Source: Rhizodiscina lignyota
Taxonomy: Eukaryota
Direction: 5' to 3'
Assembly (NCBI GenBank): GCA_010015805.1
Contig: ML978123.1
Span: 62,001-126,000 of the forward strand
DNA length: 64,000 nt
The notes under the pieces are model-generated. The model was not told the DNA's origin and searched no databases. It saw nothing but the letters and a program-made list of their open reading frames with translations. Below are positions 11,812 through 24,517 of the stretch, one piece after another. The translations under genes were made by a program, and so were the position numbers. How positions within the stretch are numbered: position 1 is the stretch's first letter; each line of letters begins with the position of its first letter.

Positions 11812-13161
11812 AGTGAATTAGAATCTAAGGAAGTTGATCAATGCATCTAGTGATATCGAACTGAAGCGTTGACGGCACTCTCTGGCTTTATGAGTTGTCC
11901 AGCGGCTCTCCAGAAACCTGAAAGTTGGCCACGCATGGTTACGTAAGGTCGATCTGAGAGACTTGGTGCGGTCATGAAAGAAATGCCGGAGCAAGCGCCA
12001 AGGGGTTGATGGAAGTCATGATCAATGATAAGAGGAAGCGAGAGGTGCAGAACCCAAATGTTTCAACACTTAGCCCAGACATGCCATCAGGTGGCATAGA
12101 AGCAGCGTTGAAGAGGCCGTGGATCGTCGTTCATAAGGGAGTGGAGCCGGAAGGTGGAGTCCACCACTCACAGCGCGTCAGCGAGCGGGAGCCGCGAGCC
12201 AGCAAGTAGGCCCGATGAAACATCATCTTTGAACACGGTCATTCTTCAGTTATACAAGGCCAGATTATGGAGTATGAAAAACATGCGGAGGATAAGAGGG
12301 TGTGGTGCTATTAAGGTTTATGGCGGAGCTGAACGATCTCCGCCGCATGTGGCGGCGGTTCATGTGCGTCGCGTGCCGCATCGCCGGGGTAAGGAATTGG
12401 ACATGCCAGTCGTTCACTATAGCTTCTAAAGGCCATATGATATCGGATTACGAAAGACAGCCTCCTTGCTCGTTTGCTGGAAGCTGGGATGGAAAGCAGC
12501 TGAGACGTTTGAATGGGGCAGGTCGTATGCAGAAAGGGCAAGAGGTGCATTTGCATATTCCACGTCCCTCTGACTACACTTAGCCCCGCATGACTGTCGG
12601 ATGAAAGAACATCATGAACATCAAAGTATGCTTGTTTGTATTCCGTATAGAAGAGTTGAGATGTGCCAGTCCAAAATGGTAAAGGGGCTGGCCAACCTGG
12701 CCTAGCGTTCCGCTGGTGCCGCGCACGGTGAAGGGAGGCCATATTCGATATGCTGTTACTTTGGCATTATCATTCGCCACGAACTTACTCCTATATAAAA
12801 GGAATTCACATTTCTACTCCTCCAAAGCTCTCTCTTTCTCCTAAGAGAGCCATTTTCGCCGACGTCTTGAAACCAAACCTCGTCCGATGCATTGGCGATG
12901 TGGAGCCTTCTCCAAGTATCGTAATGGCTTTCTCCCCGCTCTTGCAATTTGTCACTTTTGCTAATTCCCGGTTATGTCCGGTTATCGCAGCGGCAGCGAA
13001 AGAGGTTGACACGAAATTGAGATGCTTAAGATGACTTCAAGACTGAATCGGTGGTTCTTTTGGCCCCGTCCAATTCCAGTTCTTGTCTTTATGCTCCAAA
13101 ATAATCCTCACGTTTCCGACAACTGATTTGCGCCAACTATTAACAACTAGAGCAAGCGACG

Positions 13162-14047
13162 ATGACAGACCAGAAAAAGTTCACCGGAAAGCTCTCCGGT
13201 ACTCGCATTCTGATTGTTGGTGGTAGCACAGGTCTGGGTTATGGAGTGGCTGAAGGCGTCATTGAAGAGGGTGCGAAGGAGGTGATCATCTCTTCGTCCC
13301 AGGAGTCTCGCATTCACGGCGCAATCGCCAGCCTGGAGAAGTCATATCCGTCGGCAAAGGGCAAGATCAAGGGCTACGTCTGTGATCTCGGAACGGAAGA
13401 CACACTCGAACAGAATGTGAAAGATTTGCTGAGCAAGGTTGGCGTGGTTGATCATCTCGTTTACACCGCAGGAGACAAGCTGAAGACTACTCCCCTTGAC
13501 CAAACAGATTTTGCGCAGTTGAAGAAAGCAGGTGTGTCATCACATGATCTTTTCCGCCCTGGCTTTCGATAACTACCTCCATTTGTCGTAATGTGTGCGT
13601 GAGTAATAAGCTAACATTTTATAAGGCATGGTCCGGTTCTTCGCGCCCTGGCTCATTGTCCGCTACGCCTTCTCCGGCAAGAATATCGCACCCGGCCCTG
13701 CATCCTCTGTCATCTTAACTACGGGCTCCATTTCACAGAGACCCCGACCAAACTGGAGCATTCCAGCAGGCTATGCAGGCGGATTGCACGCGATGACGCG
13801 TAACTTTGCGCTTGAACTTGCGCCAATCCGGGTTAACCTCATTAGCCCTGGCATGGTGGAGACCACATTATGGGACCATATCCCTCCTGAAACGCAGCAG
13901 AAGATGTTCTCAGAAACCGGGAAGAGGGTTTGGACGGGCAAAGTGGGCCAGACGGTGGACGTGACAGAGGGTTATCTGATGTTGATGAAGGATCACAACA
14001 TCACGGGATCTGTGGTGTCTAGCAATGGTGGATCGATATATGTCTAA
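13162..14047 (+). CDS. Short-chain dehydrogenase/reductase
   Basis: Rossmann motif IVGGSTGLGYG, VDHLVYTAG, ALELAPIRVNLISPG, ITGSVVSSNGG. Intron 13532-13625 joins the two ORFs in frame. Confidence 0.9.
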
Positions 14048-14105
14048 GGATCTCGAGTCAAATTCTAGTCTGGATCAAGATCATCTCCTAAAATGATATA
14101 TACGA

Positions 14106-15537
14106 TTACAAGTGCGCTTGGTAGATACTTGCATTCTGTGGCGGCATTGCAGGAAGATACGGTATGTACGGCTCTTCGTTTTCAGCGAGCAGCATCTCAG
14201 CATCGTGACCAAAAAGCCAGCCCAGCCTCTCTGAGCTGCCCCAGAGGATCGGATTCTCTGGTCGGTCGAGCTTCATTAATCTGTCTCTCTCGTCTCTTAC
14301 TTCGCCATCATAGACATGAAGCCACTCCTGGTGGAGCTTGGTGTTTGCAATGACATATGCAGTTCGGGCTATGCGCTGTCTCTCATAGGCATGTAGGGCC
14401 TCCGGTAATGACGAATACTTCGCCAATGCTGCACGCAGAGTGCCGGCATCTTCGGTGGCTTGAGCAGCGCCTTGAGCAAGATAAGGCAGCATCGGATGGC
14501 ACGAATCTCCAAGGAGGATGACTTTACCACTCGGATGGACCCATCTCTTCAGTTGTGGAAGCTCAGAAAGTTTCCATTTCAAGAACGGAATTTGGCCGGC
14601 CAACGCAACAAGTTTTTCAACGGGAGAGCACCACCCCTGGAACGTCTTGCACAGCTCTGCATTATCGGCTGTGACTATCCAGTCATCCTCGCCTAATTTC
14701 TTTCCATGAGAGGTTGATTTGATGGAACAACATAGAATCATATTGTAGAGCTCGCCTTCACGGAGTGGGTAGCCGACGAAGTGGATCTCCGGCCCTGCCC
14801 AGCTTGTTATTCTAGGCTCGGTCATGAGAGGGGCAAGCTCCGGATCGTCTAGCAGTCCTTTGGATGGCACCAGAATACGGTATGCGACATCTCCGGTGTC
14901 CATGGCTTTCGCCGGTTCCCCATTGATGAGATCTCTAGCTATGCTCTTGATTCCTATTCAATATGAATCAACCAAGCTTGCAAGGAGAGATAATATAAGA
15001 AGGCAAGGGTGTCTTACCATCAGCACCAACAACCAAGTCTCCGCCGTACAGCTTTCCATCTTGAGTTCTGACTCGGCCTCCGTCGAAGTCATATTCCACG
15101 ACTCTTGCGCCAGTCTTGATCGTGATGTTTGGCCTTTCTCTCGCTGTTCGTACAAGCAAGTTAATCAAGTCGGCTCGATGGACCATATAGTAAGTTGTGC
15201 CCATATCCCGCTTTAGGCGTCGATAGGAAACGTCGAGGAGGATATTGTCCTTCCAATCTTTAAAGCGGTTTCCGGTTGAAACCACCTTCTTCGTGTCCGA
15301 TAAATCAACGCCCCAGCGTTCAAAAAGACGTAGAGCATTCGGTGGCACTCGAATACCAGCCCCGGCCTGAATGATCAGTTAGCCATAGTAAATGAGAAAA
15401 GATGATGTGTAACAAGCCTCTGCAAATTCTTCAGCAGCTTCAAGCAGCGTGATCTGGTGGCCATCTCCTGCCAACGCAATAGCTGTTGCGAATCCGCCAA
15501 TACCCCCTCCAACGACAACTACATTCAAGTTCTTCAT
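14106..15537 (-). CDS. FAD-dependent monooxygenase (salicylate hydroxylase-like)
   Basis: MKNLNVVVVGGGIGG FAD motif, E-AGAGIRVPPN, HRADL, DLVVGADGIKS, LLGDSCHPMLPYLAQGAAQATEDA. Introns 15367-15417 (GC-AG) and 14954-15017. Confidence 0.92.
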
Positions 15538-16970
15538 ACCGTAAGAAGCTGTCTTTTCTTTCAGGTTATTCCCAACAAAGTTAATCCTGCCTTGAGCCTT
15601 GAGCTTGCGTCTCGAGTATATAACCCTACGGCATTACTTCCTTCGGCGCCAGCGGCACCTAAAATATAAGATGTGAGCATGAGATGGTCTTTGATATTCG
15701 AAACTCGAAGTCTCGTACAAAAGAAAATGGAATCGGTTGTAGTCTTTGCGGGGTATTTCCGCGGGCAATGGTTATAATGCCCTGCGCACTGTCCTTTCAT
15801 GGTTAATTTCGCCAAGTCCAAGGAGTCAGGGGGCATTTCTTCCGCTCAAACTCTGTTGTAGCTACTCGCGTGAGGGTGCAGGAGAATCCACTCAAAGCGC
15901 CCTTAAAATTCGAAAAACGTCTACTTCTGCCAACTATCAACTGAATTTAATCAGTGCTGCCTTGGCATTATAACAACTGCCTCCTCCTCCAAAAGCTAAT
16001 GGCAGGGATAGGCAGTGGATAGTCTGCGGCATCTCATTCCGGAGTCGAGCAAGGTCGAAGTATCCGGAACTTATACGGATATCCTCATTCTAAACCTATA
16101 GAGGCAGATGGCAACCCGCCCTGACCGCCATTCGAACCAGCAAGAGATATTTTGTCTGACACGGGCAGGTAAGCGCTCGTGTCACACTATGAGCGAAGGG
16201 GAGAAGATAGCATGTTCGTGGGTTTCTGCTCTGCGTATCCTAAGTCGGGTGTCTGGTGCGGCGGTTTTGGATGCTCAAGCCAAATCTCGGTGCCCAAGGA
16301 TTCAATCTAATCTCACTCTCCCGAATATGGTTTATTAGGCACATTCTTGAAATACTCACCTGCGGACAATGTGTTGTGGCACATTCGGTGACAATCAGTA
16401 TGGAAAACAAGACAAGCCGTCTTGTAAGCGCTTGTTAGCGGTTTCCGGCCTGTTTCCGGCCTGACTCCAGGGGTGCGCGCCGAGCACTTCCTCACAATTT
16501 CTAACCTACCGTACTTTTCGACTCGCCAGGCACTTCGCTACTGAGCGCACGGTTTTGCTTCGACCAATAGATCCACACACACCTTTGCTCTCTCTCCCAT
16601 TGGTCTTATGGAAATTTACCTTACTTAGTTAGCGGCCGCTGTTAAGTGCCTGGTGAGACGAAAGTACCGGTAACCCCTACACTACTAGTACTCTTATAAA
16701 CTAATAAGCATTTAAGCACCTAAGCGGCTACTTGTTTAGAGGCCAAACAAGCTCTTAATTATATAATTAGCTTGACTTATTTGGCTTAATCTGACGTGAG
16801 CCAAACCAAGCAAGCGCTTGGTTTGTTTTCCAGGAGGTTGCATCACAAAGCTTGTAAGACACTGCCCAAGTTTATATTTCTTAATATCCACAAAAGGATC
16901 TTGAACAATCGGATCGCTTTCACTTAAATCACTGCGAGGACCCCTCAAATATTCAATCTCACATGATGAA

Positions 16971-18284
16971 ATGCCTCCATATCACCTACGGAAGCGTATC
17001 GTCGTGGTCATCTGTCTCGGCCTTGCGGTGGTCCTGTTCAGCCTTTCTGGGATGAATCGAGACTATTCTTCATCGCTGCGATCCGCCACGGTTCCTTCCA
17101 ATTTTACAAAGAGTGATCTGCTCCGGGACGTGTTCAATAAGACCTTAGGGGTTAGTAGATGGTATTCTCCACAGTAACGAAACCTGAGCTCTGATTAAAA
17201 CTGTCGCCAGTTCCAGAAGATCTTCGTCATCAATCTGCCCTCTCGAACAGACCATCGAGACGCAATCACATTAGCGGCCGCTTTGACAGATTTGGAACTC
17301 GAGTTCGTTGATGGTGTCACCGAGGTCGCCGAAAAGGCTCTTCCGCCTGGGGGAAAGGAGGTGAAACTTAACAAAGGGGGCTTGGGGAACTGGCGAGCTC
17401 ATTTGAATATTATGAGAATGTGAGCGATGCCTCAGTTAGGCATTGCAGTACTCAGATACTCTGACATTTGCAGGATTGTAGAACGAAACATTACCTCCGC
17501 TCTCATTCTCGAAGATGACGCCGACTGGGACATACGAATAAAGTCGCAGATGTACGATTTCGCACAAGCTTCTCGATCACTTCTGCAGCCACTCCAGAAT
17601 CAATCGTCGCAATATCTGGATCCAACATATCCAAAGCCAATAGCCAATTCACAACCGCAGAATTTTGAACTTGGGAGCGCTTCGGTGTCGACACCATCGT
17701 CAACTCCATATGGCGATGTCTGGGATTTGTTTTGGTTAGGCCATTGCGGGACACGATTTCCACGAGCGTCAGATGGGAATGCTCCTCTTGGGCGAGCCAT
17801 TATTCCGAACGACCTAACCGTGCCGGAACAGCAGCATCTCAAAATGGAGTTCGGTAGCCTCGAATTGTTAGAGGAGTACCCTTCACATACAAGAGTCGTC
17901 CATCGGGCGTGGCAGAACACCTGCACAATTGGGTATGCTGTTACCCAATCCGGTGCTCGGAGCCTCTTGTACGAGGTCGGCATTAGCGCACAGAAGGGAA
18001 CGACGGATATGGAATTGCGATCATTCTGTCACGGCTCCGATGGCCGCCGCATCCATACGTGCTTGACGGCACAACCGCAGATCTTCGAACATCACAGCCC
18101 TGTTGGCGTAAGGTCGACTTTCAGCGATATCTCGGACCATGGGCAAGAATATAATGATTTTGCATACACGTGCAATATTCGGTGGAGCACGCGTGTCAAT
18201 TTTCCGAAGCTGGTTGCCGGGGAGAAGGATTATATCGACTCGTTCAAGGACGGTGAAAGCTCTGATCATATCCGTAATTGCTAA
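16971..18284 (+). CDS. Glycosyltransferase family 25, type II membrane protein
   Basis: N-terminal TM segment; FQKIFVINLPSRTDHRD, WRAHLN, ALILEDDADWD, WDLFWLGHCG, CTIGYAVTQSGA. Introns 17151-17210 and 17420-17473. Confidence 0.88.
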
Positions 18285-18511
18285 GTAAATAGGAATGCAC
18301 CATGTTGATGGCGCAAATGTGACGATGCACGCCCAAACTGTTCGTTATCATTCGCGAACTTCCGGTCTCTGGGGACGGTAAGTACAGTCCCCTGGGAGGG
18401 AACTCGCAAGAGCACTATCAGTAGACAGGACTGCCATTTGAGTCAATATACGTTCATCTCGAAATGTTCATTATATCTTACTAAGACAATGTCAATAATC
18501 TCATGCCGAAT

Positions 18512-19429
18512 TCATCCAGCTAACTCTAGCCGATCTCGATCTGCAGGCAGCTCTTGAGGCACATGCGAATACCCAACCGGCATGACTGTTTCTTGTGGTA
18601 CTCTCTTTTGCTCATACATCGGAAGATTGTAATTTAAGCCAGGCCCGGGACCAGCAGACCTGTGCCCTCTAGCCGCTTTCAAGCCCACCCACACTCCAAG
18701 GATCAGCACCAAAGGTATTCCGAGCCCAAGCCCTACTCCAAGTCCAACCTTTAGGGCCGTTGAATCCGAGGACGAGTTCCCTCCGTTTTGTGGAGAATTG
18801 GTTGCAGCAGATGTTGTGGATGAAGATGTAGAAGATGTCGAAGATTGTGATGATCCTGATGAGCTGGTCGAAGAGTGCGAGGTCGTTGTTGATGAGGATG
18901 AGGATGAGGATGTAGTTTGTTTCTTGTCCGTGATATTGAAATAATGGCTTCCAAAGCCGGGCGCGCTGTCGTTCGAGTCTAGGTAAAGGTAGAAGATCGG
19001 CGAAAATGACAAATCTGCGGCATATGGTTGTACAGTCCACTGAAGTGAGGTGGTCGGGACAGTTTGGCAGAATTCGCCATCACAGCTCTGAACTATACGC
19101 GACATCAGACCCTTGATAAATTTAATGCACGCAACAGATTACGCACCGAAGACCGAATCGTTAATGACTTTTGCGCCAACGTCTGTCGGATCAAGTTCTG
19201 GAGTTTGTTTGTCCACTGGAATCTGCTGCCACATTTGGATCGAGAACGAACTCGAGGTCGTTTTCCATTGTAGCGTCACGATGGAACCGAGGCTCATCAC
19301 CTTATCTTGGTCGAATTCTGCCGCATTTGGTCCGGCTGGTGGTGGATACACCCATTCATTACTGGAATCCTGTGCTGAAGCGAGAATCGCGAGTTGAAGA
19401 GCAACGAGAGCAATGAACCAAATTGGCAT
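18512..19429 (-). CDS. Single-pass Ser/Thr-rich membrane protein, Mid2-like topology (copy 1)
   Basis: Signal peptide, ectodomain (LQWKTT..WQQIP; WTVQPYAADLSFSPIFY; SHYFNIT), S/T stalk, TM VGLGVGLGLGIPLVLILGVWV, tail with ELPA motif. Phase-1 intron 19093-19146. Confidence 0.85.
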
Positions 19430-20599
19430 CTTCAGAACAAGAGGAACAGAACGAGGGGAAGTGAAGATCTACCCATCATCTAGGAAGTTGAAATGGAGAT
19501 AATGCAGAAAAGTATAGACGCTGTTCCACACAAGGCTGAAACGATATAACTAACATTTCGAAGGATTCGGAGGCGTTTCCCTGGGCCCCAGCCACCCAGT
19601 TGTATATCGCTATCCTGAAAACGCACCGGGTTTTTTTAATGCAATCCACGGTTTATCATCCCTGGACTTGCATGCTATTGTGCTGGCGACTAAATGATGA
19701 TAGGAAGTTCGCCTAGCGCATCTTGCTCCGCCACGCGGGTGTTGGTCCCTGATTCGGCGCATTGCATAGGTCGAGAACTACCAACCACTGTCGATCATCG
19801 TGGTTGCCATGCATATCGAGCCCATTTCCGCTCAACTAGAATTGTTTTAAGGAAGGTTCGGAGCTTTCGGTCCTGCACGACCAAACTCGGACCGGGCTGA
19901 CAAATGGTTGAAAAGGTGGCGCATGGGGAAATTGTGTTCGACCTTGCACTGCTGGGATCACCCCGTTCGCGTTAAGCCATGTCAAAACTTCATCACATCT
20001 TATTCTTCAACCTCCTCACTCTTTCCCCTTTCTGCTGACCTCTCTTCATTTTGTTTCGTCAACCAAATTCTTTACGCTGCAGCGGAAAAAAAGTCCAAGG
20101 GCCCTACTCTGAACGTGAGGAAGAGTCATAAGCCCCCTTTCGGAAACTTTCGTCGTACGATGAGACGCTCACGATAATCGGCGAGAAATTCGCGCAGAGA
20201 CAACTTCCCAGGAAGTGACAGGCTTCAGATAAAAAGCAGAACAAGATGATAATTGACGAAGTTGGCCGTGAAATGCTCAATTCTACGCTTCCAAGGACAA
20301 AGTAACTTCTACTACCAGTTGCGTAGCGGTATCTTCGTTGAACAAGATGAGACTACTATTATGGTCCCGTCAAATAGGTTGCAGACAAACATAGAGTTTC
20401 CTATACTTCTACATACCCGTAAATTCTCTTTTGCTGTATATGTTCAATCCAAGCGTCTCTCCATAATCGGCTTCTCCGATTAAAATGCTGCCCACGAACG
20501 CAAGCGCCATCTTTGAGTCTGTGTGGGATATCTCCTTTTCTTCCCGTGCAAATGATCCATAGTGCTCATCACTAACATTAATGCCTCTACATAATTTCT

Positions 20600-21543
20600 T
20601 CATGGATATTCTGAGCTTTGCCGTGGGCTGTTTGTCGCAGAAGCTTCAGTGGACGGAATATCGGCCGGCAACTCTGAGCTTGCCCGTAGACTGTTGGCTG
20701 CGGAGACTTCAACAGGCAACATATCAGTCGGCAGCTCTTGTGGCTCGCAGATCGACGGAACCTCGAAAGGGTCCAGCGGCGCTTTAACTGGAGCTTCTGT
20801 CGCTGGGAGTTCGGCTTTCTCGAACCCGTCGTTCCCATCCGCGGACAATTCAGCAGAGGACGTAGCTCCACGCATTCTCAGGGCCCTCCACACTGCCCAT
20901 GCTCCTGCAAGCGCAAGAGGTACCCCTACACCGAGGCCGATACCAAGAGCAATAGGAAGAGTATGAGAGGAGGAAGTTGGGGTATTCGGACTCCCCGAGG
21001 GCGTGCCAGATGGCGATGGCGAAGAGTGAGAGGGCTTTTTGGATTGCGTAATATTGAAATAATGGCACGTAATTGATGGCGCCGAATCGTCTGACCATAG
21101 CTGGAAGTAAAAGATGTTCGAAAAGTTCAAAGAGGCGTTGTATGATTGTACAGTCCAAGGGAATGTGCTGCCGGGCCCCTCAGTCTGCCCCTTGCTCTTT
21201 GCTGGACAATCCATCAGCACCACGTTATCTTTCGGGATTCCAGGGCAGTATTGCACTTACTGAATACCTTGTGAACGAACAGCGCTCCCTGGTCGTTTGG
21301 GTCTTGGTTGGTGTTTTGTATATCTGGTGGAACTTGTTGCCAGAGTTCCACGCGATATGATTCCGAAGCAGTCGTCCACTGTACGGTCTCATTGTCTCCA
21401 GTAGTCCATACGAGATCCGCTGCGAATCCGTTGCTTGTTGGACCTGGAGCTGCTGGAACAACAAACTGATTGTCGTCATCTGCTCGTACAAGTAGAGCAA
21501 GCTGAAAGAGAGCGACGAAAAGGAGGGTGAGTCGAGCTGCCAT
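20600..21543 (-). CDS. Single-pass Ser/Thr-rich membrane protein, Mid2-like topology (copy 2)
   Basis: Signal peptide MAARLTLLFVALFQLALLVRA, VQWTT..WQQVP, WTVQSYNASLNFSNIFY, CHYFNIT, TM IALGIGLGVGVP, repeated E(L/V)P/S tail motifs. Phase-1 intron 21202-21260. Confidence 0.85.
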
Positions 21544-22423
21544 TGTGAGATTTGTATGAAAATGAGTGAATGAATGTATATTGACTATGAAAAGGGAAAC
21601 CTGGAAATTGAGTCTCATTTACCTTGCGACAATCACCAGCAATCTGCAGAGAGCGGAGACGCCATTTTAAGAGGGGCGTTCATGGTGTGCGACACGAATT
21701 GGCCGACTCCTGTAGTCGACTCATGTAGTGTCTGCCCTTCGAAATTTCGAAAGAATCATCTACAAACGTAGAATTTGTTCATCTGTAAGCATCGACAAAA
21801 GGCTAGTATGCAGTGATCGTGCAGTTCCCACCCTTGCGCCTTGGAGACTGCCACAGTTTCTTAATTGGGCGTATCGTAAAAGTCAAGGGAAACGTCGATC
21901 ATCGGAAATCTTGCAATAATCAAGGGTGAACAAGCCAGTCATCTGCAAAATGAGTGGTAAAAATAATTTTTTAATGAGGCTGAATAGTTGGTTATCTTTT
22001 TCTTTGGTTTTCTTTTCTTTTCACCCCCCTTGTGACTGGGAAAAGGTGGGGTTTCATCCGGGGAGCGATGCAGTACCCAATAGTCACCCGGTTTGGGGCA
22101 TGGACCACTCAAGTTTAGGTACAATACCATCCATCTCTCGGTACAACACTACCTATCTTTCGGTACAGCACCACCTAAGGCTGTTGTCGCGTAATGCATC
22201 TCACGTACGACAACGCTACACAAAGTAGTCAGTTTGATGTTGAGAAGCTGTCGTAGCACAAAATGCTCTGCCATATTTATAAGCCCGCTAGCTACGATAT
22301 TTTAGTTACTCAATACCTGGAACGCGGTCAATACTACCCCATAGCTACAGCTGTGGTAGTCAACAGTCCCGATAGTCAGAAATGGTAGCATCAGAAAAGC
22401 AACTGTGACAAGAAGTCAGAGTG

Positions 22424-23273
22424 TTATGTGAGTTCCCCAATTGGCGAGAATGTTTCTTGCTGTCCTGACTTGCCCTCACGCACGTCTCTCGGCCGGGCAC
22501 CTGGGCCTGCCGAACCCTGCCCTCTGTAGCCTCTAGCAGTTTTCAACCCAAACCATATCCCCAAGGCTAGCACAACAGGTATCCCCAAACCAAGCCCCAC
22601 ACCAAGTCCGATACGAAGAGCGGAAGAAGAGGTTGAAGAGCCGCTCACGGCAGTCGAAGTGTTGGATGCGGCAGCAGACGATAATGTCGACGATGCTGTC
22701 GATGAGCTGCTTGTGCTGCGTTCGGAGTGAGTGGTAGTTGAGACTGTCTGTATGTGAGTTGAAAGAGTCGAAGATCTGGACCTGAGCGAGTTTGTCGTTT
22801 GAACTTCGTCCATGAGATTGAAATAGTGGCATGTGAAGTTAAGATCTGGATCGTCGATAGCTTCCAGGAAAAAGTAGAATTCGTTTGACCACGTCAAATC
22901 TGCGTCGTATGATGTGACAGTCCATTTGTACGTATATGCGCTGGACTGAGATCGGCTGGAGGAGTGGCCTGGAGACGTTGTTGGTGGATAGCCTCGTCAG
23001 GGTCAAAGCAACCAATTGAAATATATACGCACTATATATTATACTAGTGTTATGTGCGCCGGCACCGAAGGACGGCGGATATTGCTGCCAGAGCTCGATT
23101 TGAAAATGTTGGCTCGTCGTTTTCCACTGGACAGCTTTGACATCTCCGACACCCCAAACGACATTTTCTGAAGGGCCTGCGTTTGAGGGAGGACTGATGA
23201 AGGAGTTACTGTCGTCTGCGGCTGTGATAATTGCAAATATCGAGATAAAGAATACGAGAGCTGCGAAAAACAT
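22424..23273 (-). CDS. Single-pass Ser/Thr-rich membrane protein, Mid2-like topology (copy 3)
   Basis: Signal peptide MFFAALVFFISIFAIITA, VQWKTT..WQQYP, WTVTSYDADLTWSNEFY, CHYFNL, TM IGLGVGLGLGIP. Phase-1 intron 22969-23032. Confidence 0.85.
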
Positions 23274-24517
23274 GGCGAAGTCTGAAATACAGTGAAACGG
23301 GCGAGAGGAAGTTAGTCAAGCTTGTAGACATCTCAACACGCTCAGGATCGCCGGAGCAAATCCCTTATCAACACCACTTTATGTTGGCGGAAAGGCTGAG
23401 AAAGGGCTACAAAAAACTGCCTTAGGCAAATAAAAGACTCGGGAGATATCCGTGATGCGCATGGCATCTAGCTGTCGATACGGATTGGATGCCTAGTTTC
23501 ATTATGCAGGCCACGACTAACGACCTGCATCTCCACGTCCAATCTGTTTGCCTTACTGAGTACCATTGGATGTGATTCTGCAGACTCCACTGCAATACTT
23601 GCATTCGATGGTGAGGCGCAGCGCCCATCGCTCTCCGCTGCGAAAGGCTGCGTCGGACACCATTGCATGCGGTGAAGACCATCTCCCTAATCCTTAAATC
23701 TGGTGTCGCTTCGAGAGACGCAGTACTGGGATGAACAACCTTATATAGGGGACGGCAAGACGGGTACTCTGTACAAGGAAGTGGAAGCGGAATCGCGTAT
23801 TTGTACTGTCGGTGACACGCTATCGAGGTTAGACTCGGACCGCACTATGAATTACTCTTCAGCCTTTCCTCTACATCCAGCCTCGTACACACCTCATCCT
23901 TCCCTGCCCTGCATTCTTCTCCGCAGCGCCGGCCGCGCACAGTTTACATTAGTTGACGTGCTCGAGTCGGATCACGGATCGTGCGATACCCGTGGTGTGT
24001 CGAAGGAAGCAGCTCCGTGATATTTGAGAGGTTGACGAGGTGTCAGGTCGCCTTCTTTGGATGGTGATAATGGGACCTTGAGATGAGATTTCGTCAGCAT
24101 GCGCATATGGGCTCGGAAGATCTAATCTTATCTCTTACTTGAGTGAGACTTAAGGAAGCGTTACCGGCAGCGCTTGTGCAGGGCGGCCGCTACTTATGGC
24201 AGCGTCTCACGTACATGCTGGGACCTTTCCTTATTTCAGTTCCAGCCATGAAGTGCTGAATCAGCGTTTTCATTCATGTTATTCGTGATGTCGTGAAGCT
24301 GATACCTATCAAATATGGATATACCCCAACAAGAGGTGGTTCGGATGACCCGCATCCCCATAGGACCCAACTTGATGCAGCACGACTCGGCCGTGAAGAG
24401 CACCGATCAAAGCCGTATTACTACACAGACCCAGAGTAGCTGAGGTATATATACTCGGTCGGGTGTGGATGCCTCTTGAAATGCCTTTTACAGCGTTGAC
24501 ATCCTAAATAAGTCGTC

